A stretch of 64,000 nt of DNA from an uncultured Chloroflexia bacterium (GCA_963697275.1 CAVONF010000003.1:68028-132027); one strand, 5' to 3'. Numbered from the stretch's first letter, positions 1 to 11,987 are shown. Made by a program: numbers and translations. Notes: generated by a model from the letters alone, not told the origin.

Positions 1-293
1 AACATGCCGCCCGGGTCCGCCTCACCAGCGTCGGCGAGCACGTCGATGACGATGCGCTGGGCACCGACGGGCAGGACGCTGGGGCCGTGTTCGCGCTCGG
101 TCCTCGTGCGCAGGTCGAAGACGGTGCGTATCCCGAGGTCGGCCAGCCATCGCGCCGTGCCGGCATCAGGATCGCCCGGGACCGCCGAGCGGTACAGCAG
201 ACCCCTTCGCACGCGCAGGCCGCCGGGGACGCGGTGGCCGCCGATGTCCCGGAAGTTGGGCGGGGCGGGGGCAGCGGGCCGGGTCACGGTCAT
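1..293 (-). CDS. protein-tyrosine phosphatase-like protein, N-terminal part (gene runs off the window start)
   Basis: Absent from the ORF track because it has no stop in the window. The minus-strand ATG at 293 gives MTVTRPAAPAPPNFRDIGGHRVPGGLRVRRGLLYRSAVPGD..LADLGIRTVFDLRTRTERE. The NFRDxGG, LYRS and V.DLR motifs are typical of bacterial Y_phosphatase3-type enzymes. Confidence 0.55.
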   Translation of the reverse strand, partial: MTVTRPAAPAPPNFRDIGGHRVPGGLRVRRGLLYRSAVPGDPDAGTARWLADLGIRTVFDLRTRTEREHGPSVLPVGAQRIVIDVLADAGEADPGGM

Positions 294-393
294 CTCGAAG
301 GCAGTCTAGAGCGCCGCTGTGGATGGAGCTTCCCGCGGGAGACGGTACGTGGGAGCAACTGCATCCAGGCTCCCAGGGCTGGGCTCGCGCCCT

Positions 394-1074
394 TCAGCCG
401 ATGTGGGGATCGCCCGTGTAGCCTTGTCGGATGTCCGCGAATCGCGCCTGCCAACCTCGCGGGCCCGTGCGCAGTCGCTCGATGTGGCTCGTGACCTCGA
501 CACGCATCGCCCACCAGTAGAGGACGGTGATGACGAGCCCGTAGAGCGCCGCCGCCGCGTCATCGCGCACCAGCAGGAACCACGGTGCCAGGAGCAGTGT
601 CCAGCCATCGAAGGCGATGAGCCGATCGGCCAGGAGCAGGCCGATGCCGATGCCCAACGGGATGACCACGAGCAACGCCAGGGGATCCACCACCAGCAGG
701 CCACCCAGCATCGGTGACACCCCGAATCCGCCCCGGAAGCGATGCCACAGGGGCCAGATGTGGCCGACCACGCTGAAGGTGGCAGCCACCAGGTACGCCG
801 GCTCGTCGGGGTACAGCAGTCGGAAGACCGCCGTGACGGCGGCGGCCTTGCCGATGTCGAGGAGCGAGACCAGCAGCCCCCAGCGCCGGCCGGCCCTGAC
901 CGAGACGCTCGTCGCGGAGACGCCGCTGACCTCGACGTGGCCAGCTCCCTCGTGGAACTGCAGCCGGGCCATCTGCAGGTCGTCTCCCCGGGCGACCCAT
1001 CTCCCGACCATCCGGGCGAACGAGATCGAGCCCACCAGGTACCCGCTGATCGCCGCCAGCAGCAGCAGGGTCAT
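394..1074 (-). CDS. plsY: glycerol-3-phosphate acyltransferase PlsY
   Basis: 226-aa multi-TM ORF. The N-terminus ISGYLVGSISFARMVG and the central VVGHIWPLWHRFRGGFGV match PlsY family motifs. Confidence 0.85.
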   Translation of the reverse strand: MTLLLLAAISGYLVGSISFARMVGRWVARGDDLQMARLQFHEGAGHVEVSGVSATSVSVRAGRRWGLLVSLLDIGKAAAVTAVFRLLYPDEPAYLVAATFSVVGHIWPLWHRFRGGFGVSPMLGGLLVVDPLALLVVIPLGIGIGLLLADRLIAFDGWTLLLAPWFLLVRDDAAAALYGLVITVLYWWAMRVEVTSHIERLRTGPRGWQARFADIRQGYTGDPHIG

Positions 1075-1077
1075 CGG

Positions 1078-3420
1078 TCAGGCCCGCACTGCTGGTGGCT
1101 CCATGTCCTCCACCAGCACCGTGCCGCTGACGCCGTCGACGATGACCGTGGCGCCGTCGGGGACGGCGATGGTGGCGTTCTCGACGGAGACCACGCAGGG
1201 GATGCCGTACTCGCGCGCGACGATCGAGGAGTGCGAGAGCATGCCGCCAGCTTCTGCCACGACGCCGGCGGCCCGGGTGAACAGCGGCGTCCAGCCCACG
1301 TCGGAGAAGGGGATGACGATGATGTCGCCGGCCTCGACGCGGTCGAAGTCCTGCGCACCCCTCACGATCCGTGCTCGCCCCCTGGCACTGCCGCGTGACG
1401 TGGGGTGACCCGTGAGCGTGGAGCGCACCACCTCGTCGCGACTACGCGGGACGAACGCGTCGCCATAGACCAGGTCGGGCACGATGAGCTCCGCAGCTGC
1501 CGCCACCTCCCGTCGCCTCCGCCCGATCAGCGCGCTGGCCACTTCCGGCTCAGGAGCCTCGCCGGAGAGCCAGGCGCGGACCTCGCCCAGATCGAGATAG
1601 AAGACGTCGTCCGGGGTTCCGAGCAGGCCGCGTGCCACCAGCCGCCTGGCGATCTCCAGGAACGTGCCGCGGAACAGCCCGTACCCGCGCGTGTAGGTGG
1701 AGCTGACCGCCTCACGGTAGACACGGAAGGCCCCGGCTCGTCGCCACAGCAGCCGCAGCCAGGGTCGCCGCCAGGGCGCCGTGCGAGCCTCGATGTCCGT
1801 GAGCCCCGGCAGCTCGCCGGAGGCAGGGGACGTGGTGTCGGCCGGGCCCGGGGAGACAGCATCTCGGGCCAGGACCATGCGCACGACGCGTGCGGGGTCC
1901 TCGCGCCAGGGCGGCACGGAGAAGTCGTTGCCGCTGTCGGACAAGTGCCCGAAGCGCTCCATGAAGCCATCCAGCGTTGCCATGAAGGCGACCAGGTCGG
2001 GGTGCTGGTCACGGGCGGACACCGGATCGGTCTCCAGGGCCTGCCTGACATCGGGCGCCAGGCTCCCCGCCGTTCGGGCCAGGTCGTCAAGCGATGGACC
2101 CGGGTCCCAGGCTGCCCGGTCCGACCGCTCGCGTGCAGCATCGATCCTCGCGGGGTCCAGTCCGGCGCTCGCGACCAGCCGTTCCAGGCCCTTGCCGTAC
2201 ATGAGCATGAGCAGCGGAACGACGATGTTGGCGTAGGCGGCGCGCTGGGTCAGCCGCGCCAGGTCGTCGACTCGCCGCAGCAGGCCGGCGTCATCCAGCC
2301 CGTCAGGCGAGACCCGGGCCACGTCAGCGTAGGCGGCGCCCAGCGTGTGCACCTCGCGGCGCGCCCAGCGGCCGCGCCGCAGGCCGGCACGGACGACGCG
2401 CGGGATACGCTGCAGATGCCTCGCGAACCCCGGTCCCGGCTTGAAGGTCGGCGCCTCCGGTCCCTTGGGCAGGCCCAGCAGCAGTTCCAGCGAGTCGCGC
2501 GGCATCCCCAGGGTCTCGAAGACATCGCCCAGCGTGGTCATGTCGAAGTAGGCGCGGTGACCGAAGGATCGGGCCAGGTCCTCCGGGGCGATGTCCAGTG
2601 GGCCCACCAGCTCCTCGAGCAGGTCGATCCAGGCCGCATTCACGATGGGCACGTTGACCGACCACACGAGTGGCTTGATGACACCGGGCAGGACCTCGCG
2701 GGCGATGCGGTTGGAATAGACGCGCAGGCCCTCCAGCCCGGTCATGGGCCGGCTCTGCAGCCACCACAGCCGCCTGCCGTCGAAGGCCCACTCCACATCG
2801 AGCGGTCGCTTCATGGCAGCAGCCAGGGCGGTGACTCCCTCGACCACGTCGCCGATGACCGACTCAGGGACCCGGGGCTGCTGTGGCGCCGACGTGAACT
2901 CACCCCACCGCCACACCCAGCGGTCCGGGGTGACACCCTCATCCACGAGCGCATGACCCGGGCCTGCCACGGCCTCGACCACGACTTCGGACAGCCCCGT
3001 CAGCGGGTTGCGGCTGAAGGCCACACCCGCGACCCGGGCTGGCACCATCTGCTGGACGATGACGCCGATGCGCGGCACGGCCTCGACACCGCTCCGGACC
3101 AGGTAGGCAGCCAGGCGCTCGGAGCGCGGGTCGGCCACCTTCATGATGGCCGCCAGGATGTCGTGCGGCGGGACGTCCAGGCGGGTGGTGAACTGACCGG
3201 CGAACGAGTGGAGTTCGCCATCCTCGACGTCTGCCGAGGAGCGCACCGCATAGGCGGACCGCGGGTCCAGCCAGCGATCGAGGGCCCCCCGAAGCATCTC
3301 TCGCGCCGCCGCGTCCCCGCCGAGCAACCTCGCGCTGACCTCCGCCGGGACGGCCACGGCAGGCGGCACGGCGATGCCCTGGCTGGCCAGCCACCACAGG
3401 GAGAGGGCCTTGTGGCCCAC
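1078..3420 (-). CDS. PEP-utilising enzyme (pyruvate, water dikinase / phosphotransferase family)
   Basis: ORF 1078..3774. ATP-grasp part: VGHKALSLWWLASQGIAVPP, PLTGLSEVVVEAVAGPG. C-terminal swivel domain: GHPTSRGSARGRARIV..GGMLSHSSIVAREYGIPCVV. The first ~100 codons of the tracked ORF overlap hemH and look non-coding, so I trimmed to the GTG at 3420. The true start is unresolved. Confidence 0.8.
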   Translation of the reverse strand: MGHKALSLWWLASQGIAVPPAVAVPAEVSARLLGGDAAAREMLRGALDRWLDPRSAYAVRSSADVEDGELHSFAGQFTTRLDVPPHDILAAIMKVADPRSERLAAYLVRSGVEAVPRIGVIVQQMVPARVAGVAFSRNPLTGLSEVVVEAVAGPGHALVDEGVTPDRWVWRWGEFTSAPQQPRVPESVIGDVVEGVTALAAAMKRPLDVEWAFDGRRLWWLQSRPMTGLEGLRVYSNRIAREVLPGVIKPLVWSVNVPIVNAAWIDLLEELVGPLDIAPEDLARSFGHRAYFDMTTLGDVFETLGMPRDSLELLLGLPKGPEAPTFKPGPGFARHLQRIPRVVRAGLRRGRWARREVHTLGAAYADVARVSPDGLDDAGLLRRVDDLARLTQRAAYANIVVPLLMLMYGKGLERLVASAGLDPARIDAARERSDRAAWDPGPSLDDLARTAGSLAPDVRQALETDPVSARDQHPDLVAFMATLDGFMERFGHLSDSGNDFSVPPWREDPARVVRMVLARDAVSPGPADTTSPASGELPGLTDIEARTAPWRRPWLRLLWRRAGAFRVYREAVSSTYTRGYGLFRGTFLEIARRLVARGLLGTPDDVFYLDLGEVRAWLSGEAPEPEVASALIGRRRREVAAAAELIVPDLVYGDAFVPRSRDEVVRSTLTGHPTSRGSARGRARIVRGAQDFDRVEAGDIIVIPFSDVGWTPLFTRAAGVVAEAGGMLSHSSIVAREYGIPCVVSVENATIAVPDGATVIVDGVSGTVLVEDMEPPAVRA

Positions 3421-3544
3421 GCTGACCGCATCAGGAGCCGGGGCGCCCGGCCCCAGCGAGACCAGCGGTCGATGGACCTGGGTGTGAGCCGCGGAGCGCC
3501 GGCGCGTGGAGGGGCCCTTCGGCGCGATGCCGCCCGGCCCATGC

Positions 3545-4615
3545 TCACCTTCGTGTGCGTGGGCGGTCCGGGGTGGACGGATCGACGCCGCCGCGGCCGA
3601 AATCGATGAGAGGCTCGATCCAGCGCGCGGCCATGCGCAGCAGCTCGGCATCGTCGTTGAGGCTGGGCAGGCGCAGCACCTCGATGTCCGGATGGGATCG
3701 CCGCAGCTCCTCGGTCGCGTAGCCCACATCGAGGATGGTCTCGTGGTTGTCGGTGACGAATCCGATGGGTGCATAGACGATCGCCTGGGCGCCCGTGGTG
3801 ATGAGGTTGCGCGCCGCCTGCACCATGTCCGGCTGCGTCCAGCGTCCTGGCGTGGGGTGGTTCATCCAGCCCACGGAGAGGTTGGGGTACTCGTGCACCA
3901 GCAGCTCCCGGACGTGGTGGTAGAGCGCTCGGCTCTCCCTGATGCCGGTCTCGAAGCCCTTGGCCTTGTAGGGGCAGCCGTGGTTCAGCAGCACGACGCC
4001 GATCTGCGACGTGGCCCACCTGCGGCGCAGCTCCTGCGCTCCGCTCCTGACGTGCGTGGCCAGGCGCTCGTGGTACTCGGGCCGTTCGTAGAAGCTGGGC
4101 TGGTAACGCACTTCCCGCAGCCAGGTCCCGTCATCCCCGAGCGCCTTGTTGACCTGCTCCAGCGACAGACCGCCGGTGTAGACCGAATCCACCACCAGAA
4201 AGGGGTAGATGACCAGGCGCTCGAACCCCGCCTCGCGAATGCGTGGCACCACCTCCTCGGGCAGGTAGCCCTCGCAGAAGTTGAAGGCCGTGAAGGTCTC
4301 CACGCGATCGCCGTAGCGCTCGTGCAGCGCCTCCGCGATGCCGGCCCGCTGTCGCTCGAAGATGGCATTGTGCGGCGAGATGAAGTCGTTGGCACGCTCG
4401 TACTCGGCGCGTGCGCGCCTGGCCAGGCGACGCGAGAGGAAGGGCACGATCCGGCTGGGGAAGCGGATGGACTTGCTCACCAGCAGGTCGATGGACTTGC
4501 GGTTGTATTCGACGAGGTCGTCGTTGTCCTCGACCTCGCCGTAGCCGCACAGCAGCACGGCGACGCGTTCGCCCTCGCCCTGTGGTTGCCGGTGGTCGTG
4601 CGCTCCCGTGCTCAT
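3545..4615 (-). CDS. hemH: ferrochelatase (coproporphyrin/protoporphyrin ferrochelatase)
   Basis: VAVLLCGYGEV.., ERLVIYPFLVVDSVYTGG and APIGFVTDNHETILDV are ferrochelatase-like. I chose the ATG at 4615 because GGAAGGAGGGG lies 9 nt upstream. Confidence 0.85.
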   Translation of the reverse strand: MSTGAHDHRQPQGEGERVAVLLCGYGEVEDNDDLVEYNRKSIDLLVSKSIRFPSRIVPFLSRRLARRARAEYERANDFISPHNAIFERQRAGIAEALHERYGDRVETFTAFNFCEGYLPEEVVPRIREAGFERLVIYPFLVVDSVYTGGLSLEQVNKALGDDGTWLREVRYQPSFYERPEYHERLATHVRSGAQELRRRWATSQIGVVLLNHGCPYKAKGFETGIRESRALYHHVRELLVHEYPNLSVGWMNHPTPGRWTQPDMVQAARNLITTGAQAIVYAPIGFVTDNHETILDVGYATEELRRSHPDIEVLRLPSLNDDAELLRMAARWIEPLIDFGRGGVDPSTPDRPRTRR

Positions 4616-4667
4616 CGGCGACCGTCCCCTCCTTCCCGTTTCGTGAGCGGGCATGGTGCCACAGGAC

Positions 4668-5751
<1,084 letters not shown>

Positions 5752-5752
<1 letters not shown>

Positions 5753-6604
5753 CAGCCCTTGACCGCTCCTTCCACGAAGCCCTTGACGATGAAGCGCCGG
5801 AAGATGATGGCCAGCAGCACCACCGGGATGCTGGCCAGCACCGCCGCCGCGAGCATCTCACCGTAGAGCGTCTGGTACTGCCCGGAGAACTCGGCGATGG
5901 CGATGGGCGCGGTCTTGATGTCGACCCGCGTGAGGATGATGGCGAAGAAGAACTCGTTCCAGGCCTCGATGAAGGCGAAGACGCCGGCCGCGAACAGCGC
6001 CGGCAGCGAGATGGGCAGGACGACCAGCCGGAAGGTCTGGAAGGTGCTGGCACCGTCGACGGCCGCGGCGCGCTCCAGCTGCGGCGGGATGGACTCGAAG
6101 AAGCCCTTGAGGATCCAGATGACGACCACCAGCGTGAAGGACAGGTAGGTCATCGACAGCGCCGAGGTAGGTGTCGACCAGGCGCAGCTGGCTGAAGACG
6201 ATGAAGAGCGGGATGGCGATGACGATGCCCGGGAACATCTGCGTGGCCAGCACGGCCAGCAGGATCTTGTTGGCGCCCGGCACCCGAAGTCGGGCCAGGG
6301 CGTAGGCGGCCGCGGATCCCAGCGACCAGCGACAGCGACGCGGTGAGCGTGGCCACGACGGCCGAATCGAAGAGCGCGTCCGGCAGGTTGCCCCGCGTCG
6401 ATCAGCACGTCGACGTAGTTGTCCAGGCGTGAAGTTGGAGAGCGACAGGTCGGGCGGCGTCTGGGTCAGGGCGCTGGTGGGCAGGAGGCTGGTGACGACA
6501 CCCCAGGCGATGGGTCCAGAGCCAGCACCAGGAAGACCGAGCAGCGCGAAGCGCGACACGCCCAGGTGCGACCGAGCGCGCCGCGCGCGAGGCCGCGGGG
6601 TCAT
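5752..6604 (-). pseudogene. sugar ABC transporter permease (MalG/UgpE-like), frame-disrupted
   Basis: The C-terminal half, with the EAA loop ERAAAVDGASTFQTFRLVVLPISLP, is in 5752..6408. The N-terminal TMs (AYALARLRVPGANKILLAVLATQMFPGIVIAIPLFIVF) are in the 5858..6805 frame. The ATG at 6604 overlaps the upstream stop (ATGA). Confidence 0.75.
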
Positions 6605-7550
6605 GCGGTCTCCGCCGGCCCGCCGGCGCGCGGCGCTCGGGGTCGAGGGTCGCGCACGTAGACGATGGCGAGCATGAACATGATGCACGAACAGGACGTT
6701 GGCGATGGCCGCGCCGTAGCCGAGGTCGAGGAAGTTGAAGGTGACCCGCCAGGCCAGGAAGTTGAGGACGACGGTGCCGTCCATCGGCCCGCCCTTGGTC
6801 AGCACGAAGACGAGGTCGAAGACCTTGAGCGCCCAGATCGATCTGCAGCACGACCGCGACCAGGATGCGGCACGCGCAGGCCCGGCAGCGTCACGTGCCG
6901 GAAGCGCGCCCAGGCGCCGGCGCCGTCCACGCGCGCCGCGCGGTACAGGTGCGAGGGCACGTTCTGGAGGCCCGCGAGCAGCAGCAGGGTGATGAAGGGG
7001 ATGGCCTTCCAGGCATCCGCGATGAGCATCATGTTCAGCGCCAGGAACGGATCACCCAGCCAGACGACCTTCTGGTCGATGAGCCCCAGCTGCAGCAGGA
7101 TCGTGTTGAGGATGCCGTAGTTGGCGTTGTAGATCCACTTCCAGAGCACGGCGTTGGCGACCGGCGCCAGGGCCCAGGGGATGAGCAGGACGACCAGGAA
7201 GAAGCCGTTGCGGCCGGACGGGCTGGTTGAGCAGCAGCGCCACCGCCAGGCTGATGACGATGACGGCGATGACCTCGACGAAGGTGAAGTAGAGCGAGTT
7301 GCGCAGCGCGATGCGCGAAGGTCGGGTCGGCCAGCATGCGCTCGTAGTTGGCGAGGCCGATCCACTCGCTGGTGACGCCGCCACCGGCGATGGTGGCGTC
7401 CTGGAAGCCCAGGAGCAGCGAGGCCGCGATGGGGTAGGCCAGGACGCCGAGCAGCACCAGGAGCGCCGGCGCCACCAGCCACGAGGCCGGTACGGCGACG
7501 GCGCCCCTCGAAGCTGCTGGAGAGTCAGGCCGCTCGGTCCCGGCCCCCAC
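6601..7550 (-). pseudogene. sugar ABC transporter permease (MalF/UgpA-like), frame-disrupted
   Basis: The pieces WLVAPALLVLLGVLAYPIAASLLLGF (7035..7550), FTFVEVIAVIVISLAVALLLN (7052..7630), LLIPWALAPVANAVLWKWIYN..RAARVDGAGAWARFRHVTLP (6799..7482) and GGPMDGTVVLNFLAWRVTFNFLDLGYGAA (5858..6805) lie in changing frames. Confidence 0.75.
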
Positions 7551-7565
7551 CCTGGGCCGGACCGC

Positions 7566-8899
7566 TCAGGCACGCCGCGCGACGATCGCGCTGACCTGCT
7601 CGGACATGTTGGCGATCGTGGTGGCCGCATCCTGCTGCCCCGCCAGGGCCTTCTGGATCTCCGTGCTGATAGCGATGGTGACCTCGTTGAAGTCCGGGGT
7701 CACGTAGCTGTCGTACGGATACTGGGCCTGCTCGAGCACGACCTTGGCGTTGGCCGACTTCTCCTGCACCTCGGGGTCGTTGAGGACCGAGAGGCGGATG
7801 GGCAGCCAGCCGGTGTCGATGGACTGGCTCTTCTGCACCGCCGGATCGAGGTAGAACTCGATGAGCTTGCGAGCCAGCTCCGGGTCGGCGCTGGTCCTGG
7901 TGATGGTGTAGGCATCCGTGCCGTCGATCGAGGCCGTGCCGGCCGGACCGGCCGGGTTGACCGCCGCACCGACCTGGCCGGCGATGGGAGGTGTCCGGGT
8001 CATTGGCCGGCACCCACATGAACGGCCAGTTCAGCATCATCGCGGCGTTGCCGTCGGTGAACACGTTGGTGGCGTCGTTGATGCCCACGTAGGTGATCGA
8101 GCCCGGGTCGGTGAACGGCATCAGGTCCATCATCATCTGCAGCGAGTCGACGCCGGCCTCGTTGTTGAAGTCCGGCTGGCCGTTCTCGTCGTACAGCCGG
8201 CCGCCGGCCTGCTGGAGGAAGACGAACCAGTAGGTGGCCACGCCGCCGATGCCGGCCGTCTCGCCGTAGTTGAGCACCCAGCCGTACTTGCCGTCCTTGG
8301 TGAGCTGCTCGGCGATGCCCAGCAGCTCGGCCCAGTCCTTGGGCGGCGCCGTGATGCCCTCGGCGTCGAACATGGCCTTGTTGTAGAACGTCGTCAGCAG
8401 CGAGAGCGTGAAGACCACGCCCAGCTTCTGGCCGTCCCAGGTGACCGTCGAGAAGCTGGAGGCGTGGCAGGTCCGCGACGAGGCCGGCGGGCAGGTCATC
8501 CACGAAGGGCAGCAGGAAGTCTGGCGAACTCGGGCACCCAGCCGGACATGTAGACGACGTCGTGGGTGTGCACGCCGGAGGCGAAGTTGGCCGCCATCTT
8601 GTCGTGCAGCTGCGGCCAGGGCACGTCCTCGTAGCCGACGCTTGACCTTGTTGGCCGCCTGCCAGGCCTCGAAGGCGTCGTTGGTCGCCTGCGAGTAGGT
8701 GGCGTCGGGCACGCCCGGAGGGGTCGGGTCCGGCGCGGCGGGAACGAGGGCGCTCAGCGTGGTCTCGTCCTGGCCCAGGGCCGTCGCCCACGCGGGCAGC
8801 ATGCCCGCAGCGGTCAGGCCAGCTGCCGCGGCGCCGCTCCGCTTGAGGAACGAGCGCCGGGAGAAGCCCGCCAGGGGTGTAGATGCGTCGTGGCGTCAT
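7566..8899 (-). pseudogene. extracellular solute-binding protein (family 1, sugar), frame-disrupted
   Basis: A Tat/lipoprotein-like N-terminus and typical SBP_bac_1 segments (WDGQKLGVVFTLSLLTTFYNKAMFDAEGI, GKYGWVLNYGETAGIGG, YPYDSYVTPDFNEVTIAISTEIQKALAG) are split between 8000..8899, 7525..8802 and 7566..8003. AAGGAGGAG precedes the ATG at 8899. Confidence 0.75.
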
Positions 8900-9078
8900 G
8901 TGGGGATCTCCTCCTTACTCTGCGGTTCCGGCAGGGCCATCCGGTGGGCCTCGCCTGGACGGGATTCTCGAAGACGTGGGGCCACGGCTGCGATGACGCT
9001 CCGGAGGTCGGTCTCCGGGGTCGTCTCGCCGCCCCCAGGATCGGCTCGCTGCACCTCCTTCCCGCGTGGCTTGGAACA

Positions 9079-9906
9079 TCAGGCCCTGGGCTTCCAGTCG
9101 GTCAGGCGCCGATTGACCCAGCGCACGAGCTGGTCCGCCAGGAAGGCCATGATGACGATGACGATGAGCGCGGCGACGATATTCTCGGTCAGCAGGTAGC
9201 GCCGGGATGTGACCATGAACCAGCCCACGCCACCCTGGGCGCCCATCAGTTCGGCCGCCACGGCGTAGCCGAAGGAGGCCGCCACCGCCACGCGGATGCC
9301 ACCGAAGATGTCGGGCACGATGGCCGGCACGATGACCCGCCGGAAGACCTGCGAGCGGTTCGCCCCCAGCGTCGCGGCCGCCTGGAGGTAGATGGGCGGC
9401 ACGTTGCGTACGGCCTCGTAGGCCGTCACGACCATGACGATGAAGGTGCCGAAGGCGATCATCACCACGTGGGTGCCGATACCGATGCCGAACCACAGGA
9501 TGAGCAGCGGGATGAGCGCCAGCGGCGGCAGCGGTCGCACCGCCTCCACGATGGGATCGGCGACGGCCCGGAAGGTCTGCGAGATGGCCATCAGGATGCC
9601 CACCACGAGGCCCACGAGCCCACCGAGGATGAAGCCCGGGACGATGCGCAGGCCCACGGTCTGCCAGATGTCGTCCATCATCGACGGCCCCCAGCGCTCG
9701 AAGCCGCGAGCCAGGTCCGCCGGACCGGGTACGAAGAGGGGCCGCACGAAACCGCCGACGGTGGCCACGAGCCAGATGGTCACGAGGATGGTGATGACCG
9801 CGAGGCCGATGAGCCGCTGGCGGGTCAGGACTCGCGAGATCCGTGTCGGCTCAGCCGTGCCGTTCGGCAGGGGTGAGGGCACGCGTGTCTCCGTCGTCCC
9901 GCTCAT
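9079..9906 (-). CDS. ABC transporter permease (NitT/TauT/SsuC-like family)
   Basis: Intact 275-aa ORF with about 6 TM segments and the EAA-type loop LQAAATLGANRSQVFRRVIVPAIVPDIFGG. Its end overlaps the upstream ATPase gene by 4 nt. Confidence 0.8.
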   Translation of the reverse strand: MSGTTETRVPSPLPNGTAEPTRISRVLTRQRLIGLAVITILVTIWLVATVGGFVRPLFVPGPADLARGFERWGPSMMDDIWQTVGLRIVPGFILGGLVGLVVGILMAISQTFRAVADPIVEAVRPLPPLALIPLLILWFGIGIGTHVVMIAFGTFIVMVVTAYEAVRNVPPIYLQAAATLGANRSQVFRRVIVPAIVPDIFGGIRVAVAASFGYAVAAELMGAQGGVGWFMVTSRRYLLTENIVAALIVIVIMAFLADQLVRWVNRRLTDWKPRA

Positions 9907-10748
9907 CGCGCGGCCACCTCGGTCACCTCGTCGATCTCGCGCACCTCGAAGCGCTCCCAGAGCTCCCGGCGGATGGCCTGGAACTCTGCTGACGTGCGCA
10001 GCTCCGGCGTGCGCGGGCGAGGCAGGTCGACCGGCATGATCGAACGGATGACGTTGGGATCCCGACCCATGACCGCGACGCGGGAGCCCAGGTACACGGC
10101 TTCCTCGAGGTCGTGCGTGACGAAGAGGATGGTGCGGCGGTCCGTCTCCCAGATCTGCAGCAGCTCCTCCTGGAGGCGCTGCCGCGTCATGGCGTCGAGG
10201 GCGCCGAAGGGCTCATCCATCAGCAGCACCTGTGGTTCGTTGGCGATGGCCCGGGCGATGTCCACCCGCTTCTTCATGCCGCCGGAGAGCTCGCGCGGCA
10301 ACAGCGAGGCGTGGTCGGTCAAGCCCACCAGGTCGATGTAGCGCTGCCCGATGCGACGCACCTCGGCGGCACCCAGGCCGGCCAGGGAGGGCCCGAACTC
10401 GACGTTGCGCCGCACGTCCAGCCAGGGGAACGTGGCATCCGGCTGGAAGACGACACCACGGCTCTGGTGGGGACCAGCCACGACCTCGCCGTCGACCTCG
10501 ACGCTGCCCTCGCTGGGCGCGATAAGCCCGGCGATCATGAACAGCAGCGTGGACTTGCCACAGCCCGAGGGACCGACCACGCAGACGAACTCCTCGTCCA
10601 TGACCGCCAGGTCCGTGCGCTCCAGGGCCACGAGGTCATCGCGGTCGGGTCGCGGATAGGTCTTGCGTACGCCGTGGCAGGCGATCTTGGGTCGGCTCAG
10701 CGTCGATCCATTCGCCTGCGGGGCGGTCAGCTGTGGACGTGCTGTCAT
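9903..10748 (-). CDS. ABC transporter ATP-binding protein (NitT/TauT family)
   Basis: Walker A GPSGCGKSTLL, signature LSGGMKKRVDIARA, Walker B LLMDEPFGALD. The ATG at 10748 forms an ATGA overlap with the stop of the upstream gene. Confidence 0.85.
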   Translation of the reverse strand: MTARPQLTAPQANGSTLSRPKIACHGVRKTYPRPDRDDLVALERTDLAVMDEEFVCVVGPSGCGKSTLLFMIAGLIAPSEGSVEVDGEVVAGPHQSRGVVFQPDATFPWLDVRRNVEFGPSLAGLGAAEVRRIGQRYIDLVGLTDHASLLPRELSGGMKKRVDIARAIANEPQVLLMDEPFGALDAMTRQRLQEELLQIWETDRRTILFVTHDLEEAVYLGSRVAVMGRDPNVIRSIMPVDLPRPRTPELRTSAEFQAIRRELWERFEVREIDEVTEVAAR

Positions 10749-11987
10749 GCCGGCATCCTCGCGGTGCCTGCCGCCTCGATGGTCCGAGCGATCAGGTCGA
10801 GCCGCTCCGGCGGGACGGACCACAGGTCCCAGGAGAGGACGATGCCGACCTGCGCCGCCGCGGCAGCCCCGACGGCGCGCGCCAGGGTCACATCGTCGAG
10901 GACCGCGAGCCCCTCGATGCGGACGGCGTCGATGCCTGCGCTCGAGCCTGCGCCCGCGCGTTCGCGGAGTCGCGCCAGCTCCGTCTCGAAGGCCGCGATG
11001 CTCAGGCTGGCGCGACAGAGGTCGTCCATCTCGGGCAGAGGGTAGCCGAGCAGCTCACCAAGGCGCGCGGCCGGGGAGGCAACGCCGCCGTCAGCCAGCC
11101 AGCGTGCCAGCCGACAGAGCTCGAAGGAGAGACCCGCCGGTCCATGCGTGCCCAGGTAGAGCATGGCCTTGGTGAATTCCCCGAGCGGAGCGAGCGACGC
11201 CAGGTCCTGACCGACCGAGCCTGCCAGCGACGGCGCGAAGACATCCAGGGCCACGCGCATCGGATCCCCGCCGGGTCCGCGATGCTGGCCGATCAGGGTG
11301 ACGGCTGCCTCCACGGCAGCACTGATGCGCTCGCAACGCCAGCCGAGGAAGCTCTCCAGCAGCGCGCTGTCGGCGACGCCCAGCAGGGCCGCCACCAGCG
11401 CGAGACGCCCGCGCGGCGTCGCGGCGGTCTCGGCCAGGGCGGAGGCCACCGCGTCGAGGTCGATGCCATCCCCTGGCGCCGCAGCCCGGCAGGCATCGCA
11501 GAAGCAGGCCAGCTCCAGCACCGGGTCAGCGCTCGGGCTGGGCCAGCGGATCTTGTCCAGGAACACGCCATCCCAGGCAGCCCGCCCGAGCGCGCTCTCC
11601 AGGCGCTCCAGGGCAGCTGACAGCCCGGTTTCCCGGACGGCGCAGTCGAAGGTGAACTCGGCCATGCCGCCGGGTGGCGGGACCGGTGCGCCCCGTGGCC
11701 CGACGGCTGCGTCCTGCGATGGCATGTACTGGCCATCACCCGAGAGGAATGGATGCCACAGCCACACGGCTGGCGCCCTGGCGACGAGCCTCAGCCGAGA
11801 CCGCCTCGATGAGCGGCAGCGGCAGACCCCAGCCCAGGCAGACGTCATCGATCGACAGGCGCTCCCCGGCCTGTCGCAGACATGTCACAGCGGCGTCCGG
11901 AGCGATGGCTCCGGACGCCGCTCCCCCTTCCAGGAACTGGACGATGACTCGCGGGGAGTCACCGTCCAGCGCGCTGGCGTGGCTCAC
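10745..11987 (-). CDS. hypothetical protein embedded in the ABC operon (CFCDAC motif); probably one frame change near 11770
   Basis: The 10745..11848 ORF has protein-like composition (FLDKIRWPSP, ELACFCDACRAAAP, EFTKAMLYLGTHGP). The 110-aa tail of ORF 11736..13097 (VSHASALDGDSPRVIVQFLEGG..LPLPLIEAVSAEARRQG) also looks like real protein. It starts at a GTG (11987) that overlaps the inferred SBP stop as GTGA. I recognise no family. Confidence 0.45.

Noticed and set aside
1405-3609. 734-aa plus-strand ORF
   Set aside because: It lies exactly antisense to the well-supported PEP-utilising enzyme gene. Its composition is dominated by R/G/P/A/H, as expected for a shadow ORF in ~70% GC DNA, and it has no recognisable motifs.
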